A DNA stretch of 64,000 bases, taken from positions 1 through 64,000 of IMG/VR virus record IMGVR_UViG_3300025133_005699. The stretch is one strand, 5' to 3'. This DNA comes from a virus. Position numbers and translations under genes: made by a program. This document shows, in pieces, positions 17,952 through 29,023 of the stretch (within the stretch, counting starts at the first letter, position 1; each line of letters opens with the position of its first letter). The notes beneath the pieces were generated by a model. The model made no database searches, was not told the DNA's origin, and saw only the letters and a list, made by a program, of their open reading frames with translations.

Positions 17952-20900
17952 ATGGCTTTAGTACTTAAAGATAGAGTAAAAGAAACTACCACAACTACCG
18001 GAACCGGGACGATAACTCTTGCCGGAGCTGTGACTGGTTATCAGGCTTTTTCTGCTATTGGTGACGGCAATACAACCCATTATGTTATCGAAGACGCTAA
18101 TGGTACTGGTTGGGAAGTCGGTATTGGGACGTATACTTTGTCGGGAACCACCTTGGCTAGGACGACCGTGCTTGCAAGCACCAACAGTGATAGTCAAATA
18201 ACCCTGAGTAGCGGCACGCACACTGTTTTTTGTGGTTATCCCGCCGGGAAATCCGTAAATACTGCCGATAACCTTTCGGTAATGGCAGCTACTACATCCG
18301 CTCAGTTGGCAGGAGTGATATCAGATGAAACAGGTAGTGGTTCAGTGGTGTTTGCTACAAGTCCTACGTTGGTAACTCCAGCCTTAGGAACACCTTCGGC
18401 ATTAGTTGCTACTAACGCAACCGGAACCGCTGCGAGTTTAACCGCTGGAACCTCCACGCTAGCAACCAGCATTACGGTTAGTGCTAACAATACTGCCGAT
18501 GAGACCGTTTATCCGCTCTTTGTAGACGGAGCAACGGGAACTCAGGGCGCTGAGACTGACACGGGATTAACGTATAACCCAAGTAGTGGGCTTCTTACGT
18601 CTACACTCTTTGCTGGAGCTTTAACTGGCAATGTTACGGGTGATGTCTCTGGCAGCTCAGGTAGCTGCACAGGCAACGCCGCTACGGTAACAAACGGAGT
18701 CTACACCACCAGCAAAATTAACGTATTAGCTGCTACAACTTCCTCTGAATTGGCGGGAGTAATATCGGACGAAACGGGCAGCGGGGCATTAGTATTCGCC
18801 AATAGTCCGACACTGGTAACACCTGCTCTAGGGACGCCTTCAGCACTAGTCGCTACCAATGCAAGCGGAACTGCTGCTAGTTTAACCGCTGGAACAGCTA
18901 CTGTCGCAACAACTGTTACTATTACAGATAACGAAAGCACAAACGAAAATAACGCTATTATTTTCACCGCTGGTGGAGATCTAGACGGTGGCAATCTTGG
19001 TTTGGAATCTGACGGAGATTTACATTACAATCCAAGTACAGGAACTGTAACCGCCACAGTCTTTGTTGGTGCCTTGACAGGTAACGTTACGGGTAACGTT
19101 TCTGGCAGTTCGGGTAGTTGTACGGGTAACGCGGCTACCGCTACGGCGTTGGCCAGCTCTAGAACAATCGGCATGACAGGTGATGTCGTATGGACTTCTG
19201 CTAGTTTTGACGGAAGTGGAAATGTAACCGGGACATCTGCAATACAAGCTAACTCTGTTGATGGAACAATGATCGCTTTGGGGTCGGATGCTCAGGGTGA
19301 CATTATGTACTATACTGGTACTGACTGGGCTAGGCTTGGGGCGGGAACATCAGGGCATTATTTAAAGACACAAGGTACTAGCGCCAATCCAGTTTGGGCT
19401 TCTGTTGGTGGCGGAACTGCTACAGCGGTAACCGTGGCTGACGAATCTACCGATGAGACATGTTTTCCGTTGTTCGTCACTGCTGCAACTGGCGATTTGG
19501 GGCCGAAGTCAGGTAGTAATCTAACATTTAATTCCAATACGGGTGTTTTAACGGCAACAGGGTTTGCTGGTCCTCTTACGGGTAACGTAACCGGAAACGC
19601 GAGCGGAACTGCTGCGACTGTCACTGGCGGCACGCAGGCTTCTATTACAACGTTAGCAAATGTTACTACCGTTGGTACTATTGGGACGGGTGTATGGCAA
19701 GGTACCGCAATTGACGGAGCTTATATTGATATCGAAGGCACCGAGGTTAAGTCTACCGGAGAAACCGGCGGAAGCAAGTTTCTTCGGGAAGATGGGGACG
19801 GTACATGTAGCTGGCAGACCGTTAGCGGCGGAGGCGGTGGAGATATTACAGGAGTAACCGCTGGGACCGGGCTTAACGGCGGCGGAGCCAGTGGTGCTGT
19901 GACTTTGAACGTAGATGCCGCACAAACTGTTATTACCTCTCTTTTTGCTACAGATATTAAGATTGGTGAAGATGATGAGACTAAGATTGATTTTGAAGAT
20001 GTTAACACAATTAACTTTTACGCAGGAAATGAAAAACAATTAATTTTAACTGACGGAGCATTAACGCCGGGAACTAACAATATTGTTGACCTTGGAACAG
20101 ACGCTTTGGAGTTTAAAGACGCTTGGTTTGATGGTACTGTAACTTCCGACGCCTTTGCTGGCCCTCTCACTGGTAATGTAACTGGGGATGTCTCCGGCAG
20201 TTCGGGTAGCTGTACAGGTAACGCTGCTACAGTAACAAATGGCGTTTATACTAGTAATAACCTTTCGGTTATGGCCGCCACAACATCTGCTCAGCTGGCG
20301 GGAGTAATATCAGATGAGACTGGTAGTGGAGCATTGGTATTCGCCAATAGCCCAACATTGGTAACACCCGCGTTAGGGACACCATCGGCTCTGGTTGCGA
20401 CTAACGCAAGCGGAACTGCCGCTAACCTAACTGCTGGAACCGCCACGGTAGCCACTACTGTTACGATTACAGACAACGAAAGCACAAATGAAGATAACGC
20501 AATTATCTTTGCCGCAGGCGCCGACCTAGACGGAGGTAATTTGGGTCTGGAGTCCGATGGAACACTAACTTACAATCCAAGCACAGGAACAGTTACCTCT
20601 ACAGTCTTTGCTGGCGCCTTGACTGGTAACGCATCCGGTAGCTCTGGTAGCTGTACTGGCAATGCTGCTACCGCAACCGCACTAGCAAGCGCGAGAACTA
20701 TCAATGGAGTGTCTTTCGATGGTACTGGCAATATAACTGTAACTGCGGCAGGAAGCACCTTGTCTGATACGGTTACTGTCGCTAAAGGCGGTACTGGAGC
20801 AACTTCTCTTACTGATGGTGGTATTCTTTTAGGTAGTGGAACTGGTGCTATTACGGCGCTAGCTGTTTTAGGCGATGGTGTTATCGTGGTTGGTGACAAT

Positions 20901-22151
20901 TCCACCGACCCTACGACAATTACCGCATTCACCGCCTCAGACGGAGTTCTTAAACATGAAGTTGGCGGGCTGGAACTCGACATATCCGGCATTGCTATTG
21001 GCGACGTGCTGGCAGGTACAGGTACTGGAGCGGTTGGTATTGTAACCTCTACCGGGCATAGCGATGGTGACGTTCTTACCATACAAGCCGATGGAACCGT
21101 TGACTGGGAAGCCGTTTCTGGTGGTGGTGGTGGTATATCGTGGGATGGTTCTACGGCAAATGGTATTGCCACATTTAAAGATTCGGACGAGGCAACCGTA
21201 GAGTCTAACTTAACATTCGATGGATCGGCATTAACCTGCATAGGTACAATAACAGTTGGTGTTGACGGCACAGGGCATGACGTGAAATTCTTTGGCGCAA
21301 CATCTGGTAGATATTTGTTGTGGGACGAAGCTAACGACAGACTAAAGTACCGTGATAATGTAAAAGCTGTGTTTGGAAACAATAATGATTTAGAAATATA
21401 TCATGATGCAACGGACTCAGTTATTAAAAGTAATACTGCTAAATTAAAAGTACTAACTGATAAATATAGACTTAATAATAATGCTGATGATGAAAGTATG
21501 ATATATGCAGAGGCTGATGCAGCTGTTAAATTATACTACAATGGTGGTGCAAAAATAGAGACCACAAACACCGGCATTGATGTGACTGGTGAGGTTAAAG
21601 GTGATAGTTTAGATATAGACGGTAACTCCCAGCTTGATGGTACAGTAACGGTTGGTGTTGATGATACTGGTTATGATGTTAAGTTTTTTGGTGCTACTTC
21701 TGGTTCTTACTTAGAGTGGGACGAGAGCGAAGATAGATTAAATTTAGTTGGTGGTTCATATGTTCAAGAAGCTGTCCCGGCTAACGATACACCCACAGCG
21801 TCTTCCGCAAGAACTCTTACTTTTGATTTAAGTACTGGTAATTATCAAAATCAATCTTTACCTTCCAATAGCGGTGTCGGCACTGTAAACAAGATAATAT
21901 TTGCTAATGCAAAAAGAGGGCAAAGGTTTATCATTAGACTTACGCAACATGCATCCTCTGCAAACACGGTCTCTTGGGCTGATGTTGATTCTGACGCTAG
22001 CAATACAGCAGCAACGGTTAGGTGGGCTGGAGATATAACCCCAACCATGTCTACCGCAACAGCCCATACAGATGTTTATGGATTCCTCTGCACGAATGAC
22101 GCTGGAACCGCTTTTGATGGATTTATTATAGGTCAGGATTTACCAGACTAA
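17952..22151 (+). CDS. Long Thr/Gly/Ser-rich fibre protein with internal repeats, 1399 aa
   Basis: N-terminus [19 protein letters not shown]; 3x [27 protein letters not shown]; repeated GALTGNVTG and YNPSTG units. Confidence 0.8.
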   Translation: MALVLKDRVKETTTTTGTGTITLAGAVTGYQAFSAIGDGNTTHYVIEDANGTGWEVGIGTYTLSGTTLARTTVLASTNSDSQITLSSGTHTVFCGYPAGKSVNTADNLSVMAATTSAQLAGVISDETGSGSVVFATSPTLVTPALGTPSALVATNATGTAASLTAGTSTLATSITVSANNTADETVYPLFVDGATGTQGAETDTGLTYNPSSGLLTSTLFAGALTGNVTGDVSGSSGSCTGNAATVTNGVYTTSKINVLAATTSSELAGVISDETGSGALVFANSPTLVTPALGTPSALVATNASGTAASLTAGTATVATTVTITDNESTNENNAIIFTAGGDLDGGNLGLESDGDLHYNPSTGTVTATVFVGALTGNVTGNVSGSSGSCTGNAATATALASSRTIGMTGDVVWTSASFDGSGNVTGTSAIQANSVDGTMIALGSDAQGDIMYYTGTDWARLGAGTSGHYLKTQGTSANPVWASVGGGTATAVTVADESTDETCFPLFVTAATGDLGPKSGSNLTFNSNTGVLTATGFAGPLTGNVTGNASGTAATVTGGTQASITTLANVTTVGTIGTGVWQGTAIDGAYIDIEGTEVKSTGETGGSKFLREDGDGTCSWQTVSGGGGGDITGVTAGTGLNGGGASGAVTLNVDAAQTVITSLFATDIKIGEDDETKIDFEDVNTINFYAGNEKQLILTDGALTPGTNNIVDLGTDALEFKDAWFDGTVTSDAFAGPLTGNVTGDVSGSSGSCTGNAATVTNGVYTSNNLSVMAATTSAQLAGVISDETGSGALVFANSPTLVTPALGTPSALVATNASGTAANLTAGTATVATTVTITDNESTNEDNAIIFAAGADLDGGNLGLESDGTLTYNPSTGTVTSTVFAGALTGNASGSSGSCTGNAATATALASARTINGVSFDGTGNITVTAAGSTLSDTVTVAKGGTGATSLTDGGILLGSGTGAITALAVLGDGVIVVGDNSTDPTTITAFTASDGVLKHEVGGLELDISGIAIGDVLAGTGTGAVGIVTSTGHSDGDVLTIQADGTVDWEAVSGGGGGISWDGSTANGIATFKDSDEATVESNLTFDGSALTCIGTITVGVDGTGHDVKFFGATSGRYLLWDEANDRLKYRDNVKAVFGNNNDLEIYHDATDSVIKSNTAKLKVLTDKYRLNNNADDESMIYAEADAAVKLYYNGGAKIETTNTGIDVTGEVKGDSLDIDGNSQLDGTVTVGVDDTGYDVKFFGATSGSYLEWDESEDRLNLVGGSYVQEAVPANDTPTASSARTLTFDLSTGNYQNQSLPSNSGVGTVNKIIFANAKRGQRFIIRLTQHASSANTVSWADVDSDASNTAATVRWAGDITPTMSTATAHTDVYGFLCTNDAGTAFDGFIIGQDLPD

Positions 22152-22519
22152 TGGCAAGAAATACTATTACAATATATTCTAGCGTTGCTTTAAGTAGCTG
22201 TTCTGGCTCTGGCCCAACCTATACGGCAAACTATGGGTCTTCCGTGGCTAATGCTCAGGTTGGAGACTGGATTACCGCAAACAAAAGAGCAGCAGGAGCA
22301 GGGGGAAGTAGTACGATAGAATCAGTATATACTTATCAAGTTACTGCAATAACTGACGCTGACACTCTTACTGTAAAATATATATCAGACACAGCTGGTA
22401 GTGGCGATGACTCTCCGTGTGATCTACCCTCCGGCACAGGCAGTTCTGGGTCTCCAGACAAAGCCCCCCATAAATTTACAAGAGATTTGGGAGCCGCATT
22501 TTTAATGTTTGTTGATTAA
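22151..22519 (+). CDS. Small Ser/Gly/Thr-rich structural protein
   Basis: Translationally coupled to the fibre gene (TAATG). Confidence 0.55.
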   Translation: MARNTITIYSSVALSSCSGSGPTYTANYGSSVANAQVGDWITANKRAAGAGGSSTIESVYTYQVTAITDADTLTVKYISDTAGSGDDSPCDLPSGTGSSGSPDKAPHKFTRDLGAAFLMFVD

Positions 22520-22541
22520 GTTAAGGATTTAGGAGAAAAGT

Positions 22542-23552
22542 ATGGAAAAATGTCAATGTGCACAGTCGGGATTTTGTGAGTTTTTCAGACAGGAAATGAC
22601 TTATAGCCCGCCAAATTGGCAATGGTGCCAAAACGCCACTCCGGGAGAAAGAGCGCAATACAAGATAGATTGCGATAAAAAACACAATAGAAACGAAAAA
22701 TTTCTTGGTACCGAATATATAAAAACCTCACAGCTTGTTGAAGACTGTAGAGATCTTCTATTACCTCAAATAGGCCATCTAAACTTAAAAGGCGTGCTCG
22801 GAATACCAAGGTCTGGAATGTTTCCAGCCAGTATGATTGCCTTATGGTTAAATTTGCCACTCTATACAATGAATAAGTCTTCCCATGAGCTTGAGGTCAT
22901 GTCGGCCTGCTCAGAATTTGGTGGGATAAGGATGAGAGACTATGAGGGTTCTGGAGGTAAGGTTTTAATTGTTGATGATACAGTCTACGCAGGTACGGCA
23001 ATTGTAGACATAAGAGAGAAAATAAAAGAGGACGCGATTTATGCTACTGTTTATGCTCATCCCGACTCGCTAGACAAGGTAGACTTTTTTGCAAAATCAC
23101 TCATGCCTCCCCATATACTCGAATGGAACCTATTTAATTGCGTGTACATAGAAAGTGCTCTCTTAGATTTTGATGGAATACTCTGTCCAAATGTTCCATA
23201 TAACAAATGCATAAATGAAGAAGATTATATAGAATATATAAAGAATGTTGAGCCATTCTATCACAGGATACCCAAAACCCGTTGTCGTGGAATAGTTACG
23301 GCAAGACTTGAAAAATATCGAGACATAACAGAGGAGTGGCTAGAGAGGCACGGAATAAGATATGGTTCTCTAGAAATGTATCCAACAGAAAAAGAGGAAA
23401 TTCGGGATAAAAATCATATACAGGAAGCGGCCAATTTCAAAGCTGATCACTTCAAAAGATCTAGTGCTCACTTTTTCGTAGAAAGCGAGTTGCCCGAAGC
23501 CGTCATAATAAGAAGGGAAAGCGGTAAGTTTGTAATTTGCCCGGAGGAATAA
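22542..23552 (+). CDS. Phosphoribosyltransferase plus HAD-like fusion with Cys-rich N-terminus
   Basis: GIPRSG, LIVDDTVYAGTA (PRPP loop), LDFDGILC, IVTAR. Confidence 0.8.
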   Translation: MEKCQCAQSGFCEFFRQEMTYSPPNWQWCQNATPGERAQYKIDCDKKHNRNEKFLGTEYIKTSQLVEDCRDLLLPQIGHLNLKGVLGIPRSGMFPASMIALWLNLPLYTMNKSSHELEVMSACSEFGGIRMRDYEGSGGKVLIVDDTVYAGTAIVDIREKIKEDAIYATVYAHPDSLDKVDFFAKSLMPPHILEWNLFNCVYIESALLDFDGILCPNVPYNKCINEEDYIEYIKNVEPFYHRIPKTRCRGIVTARLEKYRDITEEWLERHGIRYGSLEMYPTEKEEIRDKNHIQEAANFKADHFKRSSAHFFVESELPEAVIIRRESGKFVICPEE

Positions 23553-23555
23553 AGT

Positions 23556-24080
23556 ATGATATATTTACCACAAAGAGCTGTTTTTATTCACATACCTAGA
23601 GCCGCAGGAAATTCTGTCACAGGCGCAATAGCTGGAGTCTGTGCAGGGAAGGGGATCGATATAATACTCGGAACGGGTGGAGATATAAAAAACTGGCAAG
23701 GTATGAAGCGTCACGCAAGAGCAGTCGCGCTGAAAGAAATCATAGATGAGTGGGATGACATATACAAGTTTGCTATTCATCGCCCTATGAAAGATAGAGT
23801 AAAAAGTGTCGCTAGGTTAATACAAAGAGATTTGGATAATGGGGTGCATGAAGATGCTACCTGTCCAGAGGCTTGGAAAAAGGTTCTCAAAAACGAAGAC
23901 GAAAATTACTGGCAAGTTTTTATGAGTCACACGATTGACTGGTATACTAGGGGGACTGACGGAGAGAGTCTAGGGGTAGAGACTTATGACTTCTCTGAAA
24001 TAAATAATCAATGGCATGATATATGTAATAAGTGCGATATACCTCAATGCTCTCTCCCAAGATTAAATTCGAGTAAATAA
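23556..24080 (+). CDS. Sulfotransferase family 2-like protein
   Basis: FIHIPRAAGNSV (PAPS loop), YKFAIHRP..DR..S, LPRLNSS. Confidence 0.75.
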   Translation: MIYLPQRAVFIHIPRAAGNSVTGAIAGVCAGKGIDIILGTGGDIKNWQGMKRHARAVALKEIIDEWDDIYKFAIHRPMKDRVKSVARLIQRDLDNGVHEDATCPEAWKKVLKNEDENYWQVFMSHTIDWYTRGTDGESLGVETYDFSEINNQWHDICNKCDIPQCSLPRLNSSK

Positions 24081-24081
24081 A

Positions 24082-24843
24082 ATGAGACTTATTGATCTAT
24101 CTCTATTTGAACCAATTTTTGAACCACTGTCTGGACTAACCGTGGGCATAGTAGACGGAATAGGTAATATAGGCGATCAGTTACTGTATTTGGCTGCTAG
24201 ACAATTTTGCAAAGAGTTTAACATAGAACATTTTACGGTTAACGCCCTAGCTGAAAATCCTATACCAAAGTGCGATAAGCTACTACTTTTTGGTGGTGGC
24301 AATATTGGTTTTCCACCGGCTGTAGCGATAAGAAGGAAAGCGTTTGAGTCAGGTATTCCATGCTGGCTTTTGCCTCAAAGCGTAATAAGGCATGAAGATC
24401 TTCAGTGCGAGAAAGTGTTTTTTAGAGAGTCTATTAGTCGAGACATTATTGGTTATGGAGAAATAGCTCCGGACTTAGCATTGGGATTTGACTTTCCGGA
24501 GTCGGCTATCAATAAAAACGGATCTGAAATTTTTCTTAGAAGAAACGGTGGATCTGTACATCACCACGTAAGAGTTCAATTAAAGGTAGACCCTGCTATG
24601 TTCTGTCACACTCCGGAAGACTACTGGAGCCTGACAGATGAATTTGAGGAAATCACAACAGACAGGTTGCATTTAGCTATATGTTCCCTAGCTATGCAGA
24701 CCAAAACGACACTATTGCCTATAAACTACCACAAGAACATGGCTATGTTTAAAGAATGGTTAGAGCCACTTGGATGCCTTTGGAAAGATCAGGTTCTCTC
24801 TAATGACACCTCAGACACTCTGGAAGACAGGTTTCTAAAATGA
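24082..24843 (+). CDS. Polysaccharide pyruvyl transferase family protein
   Basis: GNIGDQL, GGGN, LPQS, FRE..S, PDLAL, TDRLH. Confidence 0.85.
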   Translation: MRLIDLSLFEPIFEPLSGLTVGIVDGIGNIGDQLLYLAARQFCKEFNIEHFTVNALAENPIPKCDKLLLFGGGNIGFPPAVAIRRKAFESGIPCWLLPQSVIRHEDLQCEKVFFRESISRDIIGYGEIAPDLALGFDFPESAINKNGSEIFLRRNGGSVHHHVRVQLKVDPAMFCHTPEDYWSLTDEFEEITTDRLHLAICSLAMQTKTTLLPINYHKNMAMFKEWLEPLGCLWKDQVLSNDTSDTLEDRFLK

Positions 24844-25850
24844 AATTCTGTGGAAACCCGTTCAATACTCTACATGTTCATCCCGCAAGCTATATAACAT
24901 GTTGTCCCAGCTGGTTCACAAGCCACTTAGAGGTGATGGTGGAAGGTAGATATGAAAACTTATGGAAGGTATGGAATCATGAAAAGTTTCAAAAGTTAAG
25001 GGAGTCTTGGCTTAATCAAGATAATTCTTTATGTAAAAACTGCGTTCTGCCCTTGTTAGAAAACAACGCTACGCCCGTTGCTGGTAGGGTAGATCCTCCA
25101 ATAAAGAGCTATATGACTCCTGTAATGACAAGAGGGCCGTCTGTTATTGTTTTTTCAAATGATATGACTTGCAATCTACATTGTTGGTCTTGTAGATCTA
25201 AGCCCATAATTGAGAAACGCCAAGATGAAATATTTAGACAGACAAGAAACGTACTAGATACTTTTCACGACAGTATAAAATTTATTTCTGCTATAGGGTC
25301 TGGAGATCCTTTAGCAAGTCCTGCTTGGCTTAAAATATTACAAACCTTTGATATTAAAAAATACGATAATCTCGATATTGAATTATTTACTAATGGTCTA
25401 TTAATCCCTAAGTATTGGGACTCTCTTTCTCACATTCATGGCAATATAACTAGAATCAAAATGAGTGTTGATGCCGCAAGTAAAGATATATATGAAAAGA
25501 CTAGACTTGGAGGAAAGTTTGAGGATCTTAATAAAGCTATGAAGTTTATATCTAAGCTAGGTAAGGATTTTATATTAAACATGGTAGTTGAATCAGATAA
25601 TTTTACGGATATCCCTTTGTTTATTGAAAGAGCCGTAGAGCATAATTCTACAAGGGTTAATCTCACAATGTTAAGAGATTGGCCCGACATAAGAGGGGGA
25701 ACCTCCACGTTTAAAGAGAAGAGTTTGGCAAATGTAAACCATCCAAAATATGAGGAGTTTTTAAAATTACTACAAAACAATGAAGATCTATTGTCACATC
25801 CGATAGTTGATGCTTCTCGTATTAGACCTGAGGGTCATGCAATTTTGTAA
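24840..25850 (+). CDS. Radical SAM protein with N-terminal SPASM/twitch-like domain
   Basis: CGNPF...ITCC...CKNC; CNLHCWSC; GSGDP; FTNG. Confidence 0.85.
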   Translation: MKFCGNPFNTLHVHPASYITCCPSWFTSHLEVMVEGRYENLWKVWNHEKFQKLRESWLNQDNSLCKNCVLPLLENNATPVAGRVDPPIKSYMTPVMTRGPSVIVFSNDMTCNLHCWSCRSKPIIEKRQDEIFRQTRNVLDTFHDSIKFISAIGSGDPLASPAWLKILQTFDIKKYDNLDIELFTNGLLIPKYWDSLSHIHGNITRIKMSVDAASKDIYEKTRLGGKFEDLNKAMKFISKLGKDFILNMVVESDNFTDIPLFIERAVEHNSTRVNLTMLRDWPDIRGGTSTFKEKSLANVNHPKYEEFLKLLQNNEDLLSHPIVDASRIRPEGHAIL

Positions 25851-25894
25851 TAATAACCAGAAAGATTTTATATTATTTTTAGATCCATAAACAT

Positions 25895-25910
25895 TGTGTA
25901 TATAACATTA
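25895..25910 (+). promoter_or_regulatory. Late promoter motif, copy 5
   Basis: TGTGTATA taacat TA. Confidence 0.75.
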
Positions 25911-25947
25911 AGCGATTGATAACATCTTAACTTAAAAGGGGGTATAA

Positions 25948-26508
25948 ATGAGTTTTTCAGCAGCCCCATTTTCATCGGCGCCCTTTTCCTCTGTACCAGT
26001 AGTTAGCACAACAACTATTTCAGGAGCTGCCAGTATTTCGGCATCAGTCGCAGTTTCTGCTGCTGGATCAACCAAGAAAAGCGCAGCTGCATCTATCTCA
26101 GGCTCCATAGCAGTTTCTGTTACTGCGAAAGCTAAGAACACTGGCGCGACATCTATAACGGCAACAATCTCAGTCACCAAAGCAGAGGCGATGACCAAGT
26201 TACTTGGGTCTGCTTCTATATCGGGTTCAATTTCCACCGCAACAACGGGAGCCGTCAAAAGGTTTGCCGCCTCTAGCATGGCTGCCAGCGTAACCATATC
26301 GGCTGCCGGTACCGTCTCCGATAGCATCCTTGGTGCTGCTTCATTGCTTACTAGCTCTAGTGTTTCAGTTGCTGGAAAAATAAGTCAATTCCCAGATACC
26401 GAAGAGTTTATTGTGTATATCAATACGGATATAGGCAAGGTTGCGTCTATTAATACAGCAAAAAATGTGGACGCTAGCATAGAAACATTAAGAATATTTG
26501 AGGGGTAA
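25948..26508 (+). CDS. Ser/Ala-rich repetitive virion protein
   Basis: MSFSAAPFSSAPFSS; repeated GAASIS units of about 20 aa. Confidence 0.65.
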   Translation: MSFSAAPFSSAPFSSVPVVSTTTISGAASISASVAVSAAGSTKKSAAASISGSIAVSVTAKAKNTGATSITATISVTKAEAMTKLLGSASISGSISTATTGAVKRFAASSMAASVTISAAGTVSDSILGAASLLTSSSVSVAGKISQFPDTEEFIVYINTDIGKVASINTAKNVDASIETLRIFEG

Positions 26509-26510
26509 CT

Positions 26511-26819
26511 ATGGCATCTAACGAAATACATGTTAACGATATAGGGACTACGTTCCAACTAACGTTCAAAGACGACGGCTCTGTTGTTAATATTAGTTCT
26601 GCCACTATTACTATAATGCTTCAGGGGCCCGACGATGCAACACTATCGAAAAGTGGCGCTCTTGTTAGCGACGGTACCGACGGAAAAGCTAAATATGTAA
26701 CAGTTTCTGGAGACTTATCTTCCCCGGGAACTTGGAAACTTCAGGGAAAACTCGTGATTGGGGCTACCACCTATTTTAGTGATGTCCATACTTTTATGGT
26801 TCATAAGAATTTAGTATAA
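26511..26819 (+). CDS. BppU-like Ig-fold fibre/baseplate adaptor
   Basis: NDIGTTFQLTFKD...VNISSAT...GKAKY...GDL..PGTW.LQ. Confidence 0.55.
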   Translation: MASNEIHVNDIGTTFQLTFKDDGSVVNISSATITIMLQGPDDATLSKSGALVSDGTDGKAKYVTVSGDLSSPGTWKLQGKLVIGATTYFSDVHTFMVHKNLV

Positions 26820-26831
26820 AGGGATAAGCAT

Positions 26832-27896
26832 ATGGCCAATGTAGCAAGAACGATAGGTACAGTCGGGCGTGACTATAGCACTATAGCTGCGTGGGAATCT
26901 GATTTAGCCGATACCAGTATTTATGCGTCTGGAGACAGCGCCGAGGCAAGCTGCTATGCCGACAGTGATTTTAGTGAAACCTTATCTATTAATGGGGTAT
27001 TTGACCTTTCGGGTATACACCTTACTTGCGATGTGACACAGAGGCACGACGGAACAGCTGGGTCGGGAGTTGTCATCAAGCCAGCAAGTGCAGGCTCCTA
27101 TACTGTTAATGTCTTTGAAAGCAATACTACTATATCTTGGCTAGAAATAAATGGGAATGATAGTGGTGCATACGGACTGCGTTTCAATACGGGGCTCTCT
27201 GGTTGTAGTGTTCAGAACTGTTTAATACATAACTTTGGAAGTACTTCTGTTAGTTCCACAGATGTCTACATAATGAGAAATCGCAGTCCCGTGAGTTTTA
27301 CTAATAATTTTATTTTTAACAATACCAGTGGATCAAGCGCAGATCTTTTTGTTCACCATTCGGATACTTCGGTGGCGTCTTATGTGTACAACAACACATA
27401 TTACTATAATAACGTAGGGGATAGTAGCTCAAATGATGGGTATATATTTTACGGCACCTTGGAGAACGAAGGGTCCGTAGCTAAGAACATAGTAGTATTA
27501 AGATATAGCGATAGCTACTGGAACGCTAAACATAGTAGTGCCACCTTAGATTACTGGGGCGCGGTTGGAGCTATAACTGGAGTAAGTAATGTTACAACAG
27601 ATACATACGCCAACTCTTTTATTGACACCTCTACTAGCGATCCTGATTTACACCTAAAGACTGGCTGTAATTTTATAGACGCTGCCGTTGACGTAGGGAC
27701 AAGCCCGACGAATGTAGAGATTGATATTAACGGGAATAATAGAGATACTGGTGGTGTTACGTGGGACTTGGGCGCACATGAATTTGGACTGTCCCCACCT
27801 TCTGCTGTAGGGAAAAAGATAAAAGCGAATACGAGATTTCACCTTTTTCATGGCGTGGAAGGTTTTGGGGCCTTTTCTACCGAGTTTAATTTTTAA
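26832..27896 (+). CDS. Parallel beta-helix (pectin lyase-like) virion protein
   Basis: RDYSTIAAWE, Asn-ladder repeats (VQNCLIHN, FTNNFIFNN, VYNNTYYYN), DINGNNR...WDLGAHE. Confidence 0.65.
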   Translation: MANVARTIGTVGRDYSTIAAWESDLADTSIYASGDSAEASCYADSDFSETLSINGVFDLSGIHLTCDVTQRHDGTAGSGVVIKPASAGSYTVNVFESNTTISWLEINGNDSGAYGLRFNTGLSGCSVQNCLIHNFGSTSVSSTDVYIMRNRSPVSFTNNFIFNNTSGSSADLFVHHSDTSVASYVYNNTYYYNNVGDSSSNDGYIFYGTLENEGSVAKNIVVLRYSDSYWNAKHSSATLDYWGAVGAITGVSNVTTDTYANSFIDTSTSDPDLHLKTGCNFIDAAVDVGTSPTNVEIDINGNNRDTGGVTWDLGAHEFGLSPPSAVGKKIKANTRFHLFHGVEGFGAFSTEFNF

Positions 27897-27915
27897 TATT
27901 ATTTATAGGACATTT

Positions 27916-27931
27916 TGTGTATAGTTAGATA
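27916..27931 (+). promoter_or_regulatory. Late promoter motif, copy 6
   Basis: TGTGTATA gttaga TA. Confidence 0.75.
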
Positions 27932-27961
27932 GTATTAACTTTATTTAGAAAGGAAATTATA

Positions 27962-28471
27962 ATGGCTTGGACAACAGATTTGGTTCTTTTTGTCAGAACG
28001 CTAATTGGAGATTTAGATAGCTCCAAATATGCCGACTCTAGACTAGAGCAGATTATAGCTGTAGCCGCCTACAAGGTGTACGATCAAGCTGATTTTAGTT
28101 ATACATACGTAGTAGATATTGCAACAAAAGAAATTACCCCAGATCCAGTAGATAACAAAGATACGGATTTCACTGTTCTTACAGCCTATCAGGCTGCCTG
28201 TATTATTTTAGGGAGTGAAGTAAAGACAGAATCGGCAAATTCCCTATCTTTAAGAGATGGCCCTTCTGCTATTGATCTTAGGGGTGTATCAACAGCCCTG
28301 AATAGTTTATATCAAGATCTTTCTACAAAATTTGAAGAGTTAATGAATACTTATAAAACAACTAACAGTATACACGGTCAGGCAGTTCTTGGTCCTTATA
28401 GTCCCGGAAGCGCTGGTATCGGAAATTCTTACGGGTACGGTGGTCGATCAGGCTCTGTATTTCGAAATTAA
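27962..28471 (+). CDS. Head-tail adaptor-like protein
   Basis: VRTLIGD...Y.DSRL helical pattern; first gene of the neck cluster. Confidence 0.55.
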   Translation: MAWTTDLVLFVRTLIGDLDSSKYADSRLEQIIAVAAYKVYDQADFSYTYVVDIATKEITPDPVDNKDTDFTVLTAYQAACIILGSEVKTESANSLSLRDGPSAIDLRGVSTALNSLYQDLSTKFEELMNTYKTTNSIHGQAVLGPYSPGSAGIGNSYGYGGRSGSVFRN

Positions 28472-28487
28472 TAAAAGGAGATAAATA

Positions 28488-28715
28488 ATGGCTATAGACG
28501 TAGCACAAAAAGCTAAAACTGGTGATGATCAGCCGAATGGTGGAGAAGGTATTGTTGGTGTCGCAGGAGCTAAAGGCTTAACTGCCGCCAATAAAATTGA
28601 TTCCAATCATTCTGTTTCTGCTGGAAAATCAGCATCTTTAATTGACCAACCAACAGACGTAATGTATTCAAATCTCAAAGATAGATTTGATGATTATAAT
28701 ACTTATAGCGCATAA
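28488..28715 (+). CDS. Small hypothetical virion protein
   Basis: AAGGAG SD, 75 aa. Confidence 0.6.
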   Translation: MAIDVAQKAKTGDDQPNGGEGIVGVAGAKGLTAANKIDSNHSVSAGKSASLIDQPTDVMYSNLKDRFDDYNTYSA

Positions 28716-28726
28716 GGAGAACTAAT

Positions 28727-29020
28727 ATGGCAGCCGTACCAAATTTTTTAACCGGCAGAAAAAGCAGTATCGGCACAACTGCTCTGCAACTAACAACGAC
28801 TAGTCATGTATCGCGTGGCGTTCAGGTCATAGCTGACTCTACTAACTCAGTTAAGATTTATGTAGGTATTTCTACGGTCACTACGGATGCCGCAGATGGA
28901 ACTGATGGGTTCCCATTGGCTGCCGGAGAAAGTATTGTCATTCCGGTTAGCGACCCCAGTTTAGTGTATGTTAGAGCCCCAAGCGGAACTAGTTCAAAAG
29001 TATTCTTTATAGCGGTATAA
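28727..29020 (+). CDS. Small beta-rich virion protein
   Basis: N..KIYVG...GFPLAAGES pattern; strong SD. Confidence 0.55.
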   Translation: MAAVPNFLTGRKSSIGTTALQLTTTSHVSRGVQVIADSTNSVKIYVGISTVTTDAADGTDGFPLAAGESIVIPVSDPSLVYVRAPSGTSSKVFFIAV

Positions 29021-29023
29021 AAT

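Noticed and set aside
26412-26419. Intragenic TGTGTATA
   Set aside because: Has CG rather than TR at the conserved downstream position; one or two chance octamers are expected in 64 kb; weak candidate only
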